Of a stretch of 64,000 nt of DNA, positions 18,601 through 27,089 are shown piece by piece; position 1 is the first letter of the stretch; each line of letters starts with the position of its first letter. Below the pieces are notes generated by a model. It worked only from the letters and a program-made list of their open reading frames with translations, was not told the origin of the DNA and ran no database searches. The position numbers and the translations under genes are program-made. Source of the stretch: an uncultured Oscillospiraceae bacterium (lineage in GTDB: Bacteria; Bacillota; Clostridia; Saccharofermentanales; Saccharofermentanaceae); contig CAZCLK010000001.1 of assembly GCA_964499575.1 (NCBI GenBank), positions 18,330 to 82,329 of the forward strand, given 5' to 3'.

Positions 18601-20250
18601 ATGAAGAAGAAGCTCACCCGACTGATGGCCGTTCTGTTGGCTGTCACCCTCTTGTCCGGTCTTGTTGCCGGATGCGAGAATCTAGGCAAGGCAAAGGTCA
18701 AGAAATTCGACATGTTCATTGCCATGCCCGGAACCGAGCTGAACGAGGGTAACAAAGCCCAAGCGGAAATCACCAAGATCACCGGAGTCGAAGTCAAAGA
18801 GACCTGGTTGACCAGCCAGTCCGCTGAAGAAGCGATCGGAGTCATGATCGCCGCAAAAGACTATCCGGATTTCATTGAGGCTTCCGACGGATACCAGCTT
18901 ATGGTCGACGCCGGAGCGCTGATCCCGATCGACAAGTATTGGGACAAATATCCGAACATTAAGAATTACCTGTCCGAGGCGCAGTGGAATATGTGCCGTA
19001 AAGAAGACGGTCACATCTACGCGATTCCTCAGTTCGGTATCGTGAATGAGCGTGATGTCAGCCCGATCCACAACGACGAGGCTTGGTGGATCCAGACCCG
19101 TGTCCTGAAGTGGGCCGGTTATCCCAAGGTCGAGACCATCGACGAATTCTTCAAATTGCTTGAAGATTATGCAGCTGCGAACCCCAAACACGTGGACGGC
19201 ACAGATGTCATCCCGTACACGATACTCAGTGAAGACTGGAGATATTTCTGTCTGGAGAATCCGCCGCTGTTCCTTGCCGGTTCTCCGAACGACGGTTCCG
19301 TTATTGTTGATCCCGATACCCAAAAGGTCATCGACTACAATACCACTCCGATCGCAAAACAGTATTTCAAGAAGTTGAATGAAGAGTTCAAGAAGGGTAT
19401 GATCGATCCCGAATTCTTCTCTCAGTCATATGACGAGTACATAACGAAAATTTCCACCGGACGTGTTCTCGGTTTTGTCGACCAGTTCTGGGACTGGGGA
19501 TACACGGCTCAAGACGCGATTAAGGCAGCCGGTTTGACCGATTGCACGTATGTACCTCTCGGCATCGTTGCCGAGGCCGGTATTGAAGAGCGTTATCACA
19601 ATGAGCCGGTCCTTGACGTATCCGGCGGTCTTTCCATCACCACCAGCTGCAAGGATATCGACGGCGCGATGAAGTTCATCAGCGACCTTCTGACCCAAGA
19701 AGTTTTGACGCTCCGTTTCTGGGGAATCAAAGACGTAGACTACAAAGTCGGTGACGACGGTCTTTTCTACAGAACTCCTGAAATGCGCGCCAATTCAATT
19801 GATGCCAACTACAAGGCAGACAACCTTTGTCCTTACGCCTACTTCCCGCAGTATCAGGGCATGAATCTCGACGGGAAGAACGGATGGCGTCCGGACAACC
19901 AGCCCTCCGAATTCTTTGAAGATCTGTTACCGGAAGTTAAGGAGTGCCTCGAGGCGTACGGCGCCAAGACATATGTTGAGATGCTTAATCCCAGCGTGCC
20001 GAACTCCCCGTGGTTCCCGATGTGGTCCTATTCCAATGACCTGACCACCGATACTCCCGGCGGTCTTGCCTGGGCGACGATGAGCGAAGTGAAGCATGAA
20101 TGGTTACCGCGTGTCGTCATGGCAGATGATTTTGAAGCAGAGTGGGCGGCATATCTGGAAGAGTATAATACTCGTGCCGACATTGATGCTTTCCTTACTC
20201 AGATGCAGGCTGAAGTTGACAGAAGAATTGCGGTTGCCGCAGGTAATTAA
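18601..20250 (+). CDS. Extracellular solute-binding lipoprotein (LplA-like, ABC sugar uptake)
   Basis: I prefer the start MKKKLTRLMAVLLAVTLLSGLVAGC because it gives a signal peptide with a lipobox. About 550 aa, typical of the LplA/family-1 large binding proteins. Followed by LplB/LplC-like permeases. Confidence 0.85.
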   Translation: MKKKLTRLMAVLLAVTLLSGLVAGCENLGKAKVKKFDMFIAMPGTELNEGNKAQAEITKITGVEVKETWLTSQSAEEAIGVMIAAKDYPDFIEASDGYQLMVDAGALIPIDKYWDKYPNIKNYLSEAQWNMCRKEDGHIYAIPQFGIVNERDVSPIHNDEAWWIQTRVLKWAGYPKVETIDEFFKLLEDYAAANPKHVDGTDVIPYTILSEDWRYFCLENPPLFLAGSPNDGSVIVDPDTQKVIDYNTTPIAKQYFKKLNEEFKKGMIDPEFFSQSYDEYITKISTGRVLGFVDQFWDWGYTAQDAIKAAGLTDCTYVPLGIVAEAGIEERYHNEPVLDVSGGLSITTSCKDIDGAMKFISDLLTQEVLTLRFWGIKDVDYKVGDDGLFYRTPEMRANSIDANYKADNLCPYAYFPQYQGMNLDGKNGWRPDNQPSEFFEDLLPEVKECLEAYGAKTYVEMLNPSVPNSPWFPMWSYSNDLTTDTPGGLAWATMSEVKHEWLPRVVMADDFEAEWAAYLEEYNTRADIDAFLTQMQAEVDRRIAVAAGN

Positions 20251-20308
20251 GGTGCCCCGTTTTGATGACATCCATTGATTTGGAGCCATCGTTGAGACAG
20301 TGTCAATC

Positions 20309-20347
20309 GAGAGGGTGGCCGGGTTTTCGGACAACGGCCACCCTCTC
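20309..20347 (+). promoter_or_regulatory. Intercistronic stem-loop (13-bp perfect stem) after the binding-protein gene
   Basis: GAGAGGGTGGCCG-ggttttcggacaa-CGGCCACCCTCTC. No U-tract follows. It ends 3 nt before the ATG at 20351. Confidence 0.6.
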
Positions 20348-20350
20348 CTC

Positions 20351-21502
20351 ATGAAAGGAAGTGTTGCGGCAGTGACGGAAGAAAAACTGAATGACTCCTA
20401 TTCGGCAGAAACCGATTCGGCAGATGAAATCGCCGCAAAAAAGAAATCGGATTCAATTAAAAGACGCGAGCTCGCATATACGTACCGATCCTCTTCTTCA
20501 CGATCCGAAATAAATGACGAAGAACCCGCGGGCCCTGTATCCCGGGCAGAAAGACGGCGTAAAAAGGCGGAGCGATCCGGCGAACCGAAAGTTAAACTGA
20601 ATAAAAAGACTCTTTTACGACAAAAAGAGCTGATAATAATCACAATCCCTTTTATACTTTACGGATTATTATTCTATTATGCTCCTCTGGGCGGTTGGCT
20701 CATGGCCTTCCAGGACTACAAGCCCCAAAACGGACTTCTTGGCTCCGAATGGGTTGGATTGGATGTCTTTAAATATTTGCTCAATGAAAAATCTTTTCAA
20801 TTGGTTTTCAGAAATACTTTGGCGATGGGTATCATCAATCTGGTCCTGAGCTTTGTTTTCGCGATCGGATTTGCCCTTCTTCTCAATGAAGTTCGTCTCA
20901 AAGGGCCCAAAAAGTTCGCTCAGACCGTTTCCTATTTACCTCACTTCCTATCCTGGATTATTGTCGTAGGAATCATTCGAGACATGCTATCGATGGATCA
21001 TGGTATCGTCAATGAGATATTGGTCGGATTAGGCATAGTCGACGGGCCGATAAATTTCTTTTCTAAACCGGGTTGGTTCTGGTGGATCGTCGGTTTCTCG
21101 AATGTTTGGAAGGAAACGGGATGGAACAGCATCATCTACCTTGCCGCGATCACTGCGATCAATCCGGAAATGTACGAAGCCGCTTCGTTGGACGGAGCGG
21201 GCCGATTCGGAAAAATGTGGCACGTAACGCTGCCCGGGATCCGTCCTACCATATTCATCCTGCTTCTGATTAACCTGGGAAATGTCCTGAATGTCGGATT
21301 TGAGATTCAGTACCTGCTTACGAACGGAGTAGTAAAAAGTGTTTCCGAAACAATCGATATATGGGTCTTATACTGGGGCATCGGCCAGGGTGATTTCTCC
21401 CTGGGTTCGGCCGCAGGTATTTTCAAGAGCGTCATCGCCATCATTTTAATATTCCTAGCCAATTCGTTCGCTAAAGCAACCGGCGAAGAGCGATTGTTTT
21501 AG
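20351..21502 (+). CDS. ABC sugar transporter permease (LplB-like) with a long charged N-terminal extension
   Basis: The core from KKTLLRQKELIIITIPFILYGLLFYYAPL onward is typical, with an EAA-like loop EAASLDGAGRFGKMWHVTLPGIRP. The start is uncertain: GTG 20300 lies inside the hairpin, ATG 20351 lacks an SD, and GTG 20372 has AAAGGAAG upstream. Confidence 0.8.
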   Translation: MKGSVAAVTEEKLNDSYSAETDSADEIAAKKKSDSIKRRELAYTYRSSSSRSEINDEEPAGPVSRAERRRKKAERSGEPKVKLNKKTLLRQKELIIITIPFILYGLLFYYAPLGGWLMAFQDYKPQNGLLGSEWVGLDVFKYLLNEKSFQLVFRNTLAMGIINLVLSFVFAIGFALLLNEVRLKGPKKFAQTVSYLPHFLSWIIVVGIIRDMLSMDHGIVNEILVGLGIVDGPINFFSKPGWFWWIVGFSNVWKETGWNSIIYLAAITAINPEMYEAASLDGAGRFGKMWHVTLPGIRPTIFILLLINLGNVLNVGFEIQYLLTNGVVKSVSETIDIWVLYWGIGQGDFSLGSAAGIFKSVIAIILIFLANSFAKATGEERLF

Positions 21503-21518
21503 AAAGGAGACAATAAAT

Positions 21519-22463
21519 ATGGACAATGTTGAGCTTGAGCCGAAATCTGAGCTTGTTCAATTGAAAAAAGCCAGGAGAAAAAAAATCAAAACGGCGGATT
21601 TGGTGTTCATTATTATCAATACCCTGATTCTCTCCTTTGCGGTCGCGATCACACTTTACCCGCTTCTGAACACCCTCGCCGTATCGTTCAACGACGCCGT
21701 GGATGCCTTGTCCGGAGGGATATATTTGATACCGCGGAAATTATCGTTGAATAATTATGAAGCGATTTTTAACAGACGCAATTTGCGAACTGCCGCAATC
21801 AATTCCGTCCTGCGTACGGTGATCGGCACGGTATTGCACCTTTCCGTCACCGCTTTAATGGCCTATGTACTGAGTGTTAAGGAATTCGTCTTCAGAAAGC
21901 CCGTCTCTTTATTCTTCGTGCTGACCATGTATGTGAACGCCGGTCTGATTCCGGTCTTCTTGCTTTATCGCGAGTTGAGGCTCACCAACACTTTCTGGGT
22001 ATATGTTATACCCGGTATGGTCGCCGGGTTTAACCTTCTGGTTCTTCGCACCTATATGAACTCTCTTCCCGATAGTTACAGGGAATCCGCACAGATCGAC
22101 GGCGCAAATCATATGACTATTTTCATGAAAATATATGCTCCGATCTGCAAACCCGTTTTTGCTACTGTGGCTCTGTTCATTGCCGTTTACCAATGGTCCG
22201 CATGGTTCGATAATATGATCTATAACCCGAGAAACACAGATTTAACGACTCTCCAGTATGAACTAATGAAGCTGTTGTCTTCAGCCATGAGCCAGACATC
22301 CTCGAGCGGTGCCTACGGACAGAGTACTCAGTCGGTCGCAATCACCCCGACATCCATTCGCGCGGCCGCGACGATAGTCACATCCATGCCGATCGTCATT
22401 CTCTATCCGTTTCTTCAGAGATATTTCATCACAGGCCTTACGATCGGCGGCGTGAAGGAATAA
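21519..22463 (+). CDS. ABC sugar transporter permease (LplC-like)
   Basis: 314 aa, six TM, EAA loop ESAQIDGANHMTIFMKIYAPICKP. AAAGGAG upstream. Confidence 0.88.
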   Translation: MDNVELEPKSELVQLKKARRKKIKTADLVFIIINTLILSFAVAITLYPLLNTLAVSFNDAVDALSGGIYLIPRKLSLNNYEAIFNRRNLRTAAINSVLRTVIGTVLHLSVTALMAYVLSVKEFVFRKPVSLFFVLTMYVNAGLIPVFLLYRELRLTNTFWVYVIPGMVAGFNLLVLRTYMNSLPDSYRESAQIDGANHMTIFMKIYAPICKPVFATVALFIAVYQWSAWFDNMIYNPRNTDLTTLQYELMKLLSSAMSQTSSSGAYGQSTQSVAITPTSIRAAATIVTSMPIVILYPFLQRYFITGLTIGGVKE

Positions 22464-22500
22464 TTCAGACCTTTTCGGAGTGCACCTCCCTTCTCTATAC

Positions 22501-22542
22501 ATAACTGCCGCTTCTACCTTTTCAGGAGGAGGCGGCAGTTAT
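22501..22542. terminator. Inverted repeat between convergent genes (possible bidirectional terminator)
   Basis: ATAACTGCCGC-N20-GCGGCAGTTAT, an 11-bp stem. There is no clean U-tract on either side, so confidence is limited. Confidence 0.4.
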
Positions 22543-22577
22543 GTTACCGGCAGCAATACTGTGCAGGCTCATTAATT

Positions 22578-23024
22578 CTATAGTTTGATGGGATCCAAAG
22601 ATTCGACGATACGGATCGCATCGACGACACAACGACAGCAAAGATCCAGTTTATTTTGATCGCCGAAAGCTTTTTGACCCTCGGGGGTCCTCAAATTGAT
22701 CCCATCCAGTATGACCCGGCAAACACAACTGCCGTGAAGCGCTCTGAAACGATCCAAAAACTCATTCACCTTCACATATGTATTTTCCTGTTTTTCTCCG
22801 TCATCGCCTTCTTTTCGACCGTAGCAAAGGCCCAGAGCCATAACGGCACCGGATACGGCTCCGCACACTTCCCCGTTACGCGCGATCCCTCCGCCGAAGC
22901 CCGTTGCGATTCGAAAAGCCTCGTCGCGGCTCATCCCGTAACGCTCGGCAAAACAACTCAGCACAATCTGAGCACAGTTGAAGCCGGAACTGAATAATTG
23001 AAGTACGTCCTTTTCGTTCAACAT
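22578..23024 (-). CDS. C_GCAxxG_C_C family protein (putative redox-active)
   Basis: 148 aa. Has NCAQ, GEVCGAVSGAVMALG and C-terminal Cys pairs (CVC, CCRC) characteristic of the family. Confidence 0.75.
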   Translation of the reverse strand: MLNEKDVLQLFSSGFNCAQIVLSCFAERYGMSRDEAFRIATGFGGGIARNGEVCGAVSGAVMALGLCYGRKEGDDGEKQENTYVKVNEFLDRFRALHGSCVCRVILDGINLRTPEGQKAFGDQNKLDLCCRCVVDAIRIVESLDPIKL

Positions 23025-23149
23025 CCCGTTTTTCCGCCTTTCCTCAGCTTGTTGTTCAGAGTCCCTCCGCTATTCTATAGAAATTATATTTGATTTTGTT
23101 TCACAAGTAAATTCAGCCCGATAACAGGAATCCGTCAGAAATCGCATAG

Positions 23150-23178
23150 TTGACAAGCAAATGGATTTTCTGTAATAT
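23150..23178 (+). promoter_or_regulatory. Sigma-A type promoter of the TetR operon
   Basis: TTGACA (23150-23155), a 17-nt spacer, then TAATAT (23173-23178) with TG immediately upstream. Confidence 0.55.
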
Positions 23179-23204
23179 AACGTTTGTTATATAACATCTG
23201 TTAT
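23177..23204 (+). promoter_or_regulatory. Tandem operator: two abutting 14-bp palindromes ATAAC-N4-GTTAT
   Basis: ATAACgtttGTTAT (23177-23190) is followed directly by ATAACatctGTTAT (23191-23204). They overlap the -10 and end 2 nt before the GGAGG RBS of the TetR gene. Confidence 0.65.
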
Positions 23205-23216
23205 TTGGAGGTTGCG

Positions 23217-23861
23217 ATGCCCAAGGAGACTCAATTTAACCGCGAAGATATACTCGCCGCCGCTTTCGACATTTTTCGGAGGGAAGGCATTAACGCGCTC
23301 TCAGTCCGAAAGATCGCATCCGTTGTCGGCTCTTCGACGGCTCCTGTATATTCGTGCTTTTCGGGCATCGATGAGATCCGGGAAGCCCTGATACAGGAAT
23401 CTTTCGAACGATTGATCCGCTACACCGAAAAGACCTACACAGAGGATATATTTCTCAATATCGGCGTCGGTATGTTGGAATTTGCCAAGGACTATCCGAT
23501 CGTGTACCGTACGATTTTTCTGGAAGACGCGCGCGGTCGGGATATGTTTCAGCGTTTTTCCCGGACGAGTAAAGTCCAGATGCGAAAGGAGCCGAGTCTT
23601 TCGATCTTCAGTGACAATGAGATCGATTCAATACTTGATAAATTAACTGTTTACACCCATGGTCTTTCCGCGATGATCTGCGCCGGAATTATCGAAAATC
23701 CGTCGACCGGGAGTCTCTGTACCCGACTGGCACAAACCGGCGGCGACATTATCGGAGCGACCGCCTTCCTTTCAGGTAAATGGCCGGATTATTGTAAGAA
23801 TTTTGAAGAATTGAAGGGAGATCACTATGCGAACCATCACAATCCTGAACGGGATACCTGA
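23217..23861 (+). CDS. TetR/AcrR family transcriptional regulator
   Basis: N-terminal HTH ILAAAFDIFRREGINALSVRKIASVVGSSTAPVYSCF. Start at MPKETQF with GGAGG upstream. Confidence 0.88.
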   Translation: MPKETQFNREDILAAAFDIFRREGINALSVRKIASVVGSSTAPVYSCFSGIDEIREALIQESFERLIRYTEKTYTEDIFLNIGVGMLEFAKDYPIVYRTIFLEDARGRDMFQRFSRTSKVQMRKEPSLSIFSDNEIDSILDKLTVYTHGLSAMICAGIIENPSTGSLCTRLAQTGGDIIGATAFLSGKWPDYCKNFEELKGDHYANHHNPERDT

Positions 23862-24375
23862 CGACGCCTACACCGTATTTGAGTCGGCGCTGGAACAAGC
23901 CGCAAGCGTCGAAAATCCGGATCGAAAAATCAATATCATCCGTCTTCGGGACCTTGACATCCGCTATTGTACGGGGTGTTGGGATTGCTGGGTCAAGACC
24001 CCGGGAATATGCGCGCATCATGACGATATGCCCGCGATATATCGCGAGGTTCTGCATTCGGATCTGATGGTCTTCCTCTCCCCGATAACGCTCGGCTTTG
24101 TCAGCGCGCTCACCAAGAAAACATGTGACCGTATGATTCCGATCGTTCACCCCTATATTACCTTCCACAAAAATGAACTTCATCACAAGAGTCGATACAA
24201 GAAATACCCGAAGATGGGGCTGATCCTTCTTGACCCCGAAAAGAGTCTTGTCGACTTTGAAAATACCCGTCAAATATTTTACCGGCTCTCGATTAATTTA
24301 AAGACGGACTTAGCGCTGGCTTTACACGTTAACGGTTCCGAAAAGGAGGTTCACGATGCGATTTCTTCTATGTAA
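23827..24375 (+). CDS. Flavodoxin-like fold / iron-sulfur flavoprotein-type NAD(P)H-dependent reductase
   Basis: 182 aa. Cys cluster YCTGCWDCWVKTPGIC typical of Isf-like FMN reductases. Overlaps the TetR gene end by 35 nt. Confidence 0.65.
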   Translation: MRTITILNGIPDDAYTVFESALEQAASVENPDRKINIIRLRDLDIRYCTGCWDCWVKTPGICAHHDDMPAIYREVLHSDLMVFLSPITLGFVSALTKKTCDRMIPIVHPYITFHKNELHHKSRYKKYPKMGLILLDPEKSLVDFENTRQIFYRLSINLKTDLALALHVNGSEKEVHDAISSM

Positions 24376-24997
24376 CGGCTCACCACGCGGCGTCAAAGGC
24401 TTTTCCGCGAAATACATTGAGGCTTTGGCGGAAGGTCTTTTGGAGCACCGGGATATTACTGTTGAAAAGGTCCTTCTCAATCGCGTCGCCGAACACCGGG
24501 AAACTGCCGTGCGTCTTTCCGGGGTCGACTGCGCCGTCGTCGTCTTCCCTCTTTATACCGACGCGATGCCGGGGATTACAATGGCGTTTTTCGAGGAACT
24601 GCGCCCGTTTATCGGCTCTTTGGAGAACTTGTCTCTGGGATTTATCGTTCAATCCGGCTTTCCCGAGCGTGTTCAGTCCCGGGCAGTCGAGAAGTATCTT
24701 GAGCGCCTGACCGGAATACTCGGAGCCCGCTACGCGGGGACCGCCGTCTTCGGCGGAGGAATGGGCATGAATGATAAGCGGACCGAACTGCTTCATCAAC
24801 TCGGTCAGTCTTTTCTACCCGGGAAAAGATTCAATCCGGAAATTCTTTCTATGACCACTCCAATGGAAAATATACCCTTACCGGGCCGTGTATTCATGAG
24901 AATTCTCGGACTAACGCCTCTTGTCCAGATGGACTGGATTCGGCAACTGAAGGCAAACGGAGCATATGAGAAACGAAATGATCGTCCGTACGCATAA
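24356..24997 (+). CDS. Flavodoxin-like fold NAD(P)H-dependent oxidoreductase
   Basis: 213 aa. N-terminus MRFLLCNGSPRG and VVVFPLYTDAMPG resemble the FMN_red/flavodoxin_2 fold. AAAAGGAGG upstream. Confidence 0.6.
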   Translation: MRFLLCNGSPRGVKGFSAKYIEALAEGLLEHRDITVEKVLLNRVAEHRETAVRLSGVDCAVVVFPLYTDAMPGITMAFFEELRPFIGSLENLSLGFIVQSGFPERVQSRAVEKYLERLTGILGARYAGTAVFGGGMGMNDKRTELLHQLGQSFLPGKRFNPEILSMTTPMENIPLPGRVFMRILGLTPLVQMDWIRQLKANGAYEKRNDRPYA

Positions 24998-25026
24998 TTA
25001 CCGGTCAAATGTTTATTCGGATTTTC

Positions 25027-27087
25027 TCAATCCAACATAACCCTCGTCTCGTACCGCGGATCGGCGTTCACTTCGTCCAGCCGGCAGGCGACCCCATCCG
25101 TGAACGTCGGGCGATTCTCGAAGAAGACCTCATCGTTCTCGAAAAGAGGCTTTATCTCAATTTGAATCTCACGGGGCATACCGAAGCGTGAAAGGCCGAT
25201 CTCCCACGCTTCCCCGGCGTTGAAATCATCTCCTTCGGGGCTCCCGTTGACGAGAAGCCGAGCACTGTCTCCTTGATAATGGACACGAAGGATACAGTCC
25301 GTCGCCGACGGATCGCATTCCAAGCGAACAGTAAAAAGTTCCCGCGACGGATCGGAAGAGCGCTTTTCGAAATAAACGCGCGGCGGTACTTCCGAGCATC
25401 GCCGCTTGTATACATGAAAGACGCCCGACATACCCGAGGCGGTCAGCCCTTCCGGGACTTTCCGAAAATCCGGATAGACCAGAAGCCTCAATTCACTTCC
25501 GCTCTCGATCGTAATTCCTTCGCCGTCCTCGATCAGAGCCCCGTCCGTAATGATCAGGCGTTCGCCGCCGACATGAACTTTATATGCATTTAGCGCTTGC
25601 TCACGGGTCAGAGTAATGATTTCCGCCCCGCCGGTCGGCCCCTCCATGTCATAGGAGGGCTCCCCGTCGGTATAGAAAAAATAGACGTGCTCATCAAGGA
25701 CGCATAGAGGTGTCGCTAAAGCGGTCTTCAAAACAGCTCTTCCGACTGGCATATTGAACGGAAAGAAAAAGTAATCGCCGTCGCGAATGTCGATCGGAGG
25801 AAAAGTGACGGTACCGTCTTCGAGCGGGACTTGAAGGATTTCGTTAAGATGTTCCGCCTGCTTTTGCCGGCGCTGATAATTATTCACGAAAACGTAACCG
25901 GTTTTTCCGCTTCGTCGCACGGAAATCCGAAGATCACCGGTATTTTCAGGATGAAGCGGGTTGGAATCGGGAATGGACGTGTCCATTTCGGACAATGCGC
26001 CTCCGAAGTCCCGAAGAAACATGGACAGAAGTTTGATTTCCCGGTACGGACCGCCGAGTTGTCCGTATTCGCGGATCGGAGCCCGAAAATCATACGAGAA
26101 TTCAGGCACATCGTTAATATCCCCGGCTTCCCTGCTCTCCTGAAGTCCCGAAAACCGCCCTTTGGGGTTCGTTCCACCGCTGTACATATAGTATCCGAGA
26201 AGGCTCGCGCCGCTTCCGAGTTTAACGAGCGACATCGCGCCGATATCCCGGCCGGTCGCGACCGGCCGCCTTTTGCGGGTCACCTGAAGGCCGCCGCCGA
26301 GCTCCGCGGTCAGATAGGGAAATTTAGCAGGATCAAACGATAGCGTCTCGTTGATGCCGTAATCCGACCCGATGCTGTGGTCGTTGCGCTCGTGCGTAAA
26401 GATGTAGTTTCCGCTCGGCTCGATCGCCGTGATTCTCGGGTCCCACGGAGCCTCGCAATACCCGCCCATCACCGGCAGAAGTCCCGCGGTAATCGCCCCG
26501 CCCCAACCCGTCGCCGTGTAATAGGGCACGTCAAAGCCGATCTCGCGGGCGAGTCTCGTCAGTGTCCTCATATGAAAGACTCCCTCGTCACCCGAAAGTC
26601 CGCCGCAATGTCCGTATTCGTTTTCGATCTGAACACCGATGATCGGACCGCCATCTCCGGCAAACAAACCTTTGACCTGCTCGAAAATCGCCCGGTAGAA
26701 GCGTTCAACCTCCAGAAAATAATCCGGATCGTTTGTTCTGGGCTCAAAGCCCTTTTCGAAAAGCCAGTCGGGGAATCCGCCGTGACGGACTTCTGCATGC
26801 GACCACGGACCGATACGCAGGAAGAAGTAAAGCCCGCAGTCGCGGCAACATTCGATGAAGCGCCGAAGGTCTTTTCGACCGTTAAAGTCGTACTCGCCTT
26901 CCGACTCTTCATGATGAATCCAGATCACGTACGACGAGGCAATGTCGACTCCGCCGGCTTTCATTCGTCGAAGTCTCTTCTCCCATTCTGTTTCCGGGAC
27001 GCGCGAATAGTGGATCTCCCCCATAACCGGAAACCAGGGTTCCCCATTCCGGGTGAGGCCGCGCTCGTTACAGCCGAATTGTTCCAT
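25027..27087 (-). CDS. Beta-galactosidase, GH35
   Basis: 686 aa. Has GEIHYSR, GPWSHAEVRHGGFPDWL and the acid/base block IGVQIENEYG. No signal peptide. Confidence 0.88.
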   Translation of the reverse strand: MEQFGCNERGLTRNGEPWFPVMGEIHYSRVPETEWEKRLRRMKAGGVDIASSYVIWIHHEESEGEYDFNGRKDLRRFIECCRDCGLYFFLRIGPWSHAEVRHGGFPDWLFEKGFEPRTNDPDYFLEVERFYRAIFEQVKGLFAGDGGPIIGVQIENEYGHCGGLSGDEGVFHMRTLTRLAREIGFDVPYYTATGWGGAITAGLLPVMGGYCEAPWDPRITAIEPSGNYIFTHERNDHSIGSDYGINETLSFDPAKFPYLTAELGGGLQVTRKRRPVATGRDIGAMSLVKLGSGASLLGYYMYSGGTNPKGRFSGLQESREAGDINDVPEFSYDFRAPIREYGQLGGPYREIKLLSMFLRDFGGALSEMDTSIPDSNPLHPENTGDLRISVRRSGKTGYVFVNNYQRRQKQAEHLNEILQVPLEDGTVTFPPIDIRDGDYFFFPFNMPVGRAVLKTALATPLCVLDEHVYFFYTDGEPSYDMEGPTGGAEIITLTREQALNAYKVHVGGERLIITDGALIEDGEGITIESGSELRLLVYPDFRKVPEGLTASGMSGVFHVYKRRCSEVPPRVYFEKRSSDPSRELFTVRLECDPSATDCILRVHYQGDSARLLVNGSPEGDDFNAGEAWEIGLSRFGMPREIQIEIKPLFENDEVFFENRPTFTDGVACRLDEVNADPRYETRVMLD

Positions 27088-27089
27088 GC

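Noticed and set aside
20300-20350. GTG at 20300 as the start of the LplB-like permease (the ORF-track start)
   Set aside because: The first 50 nt would be the 13-bp perfect hairpin itself. The region is more plausibly a structured intercistronic element, and the true start lies at or after 20351.
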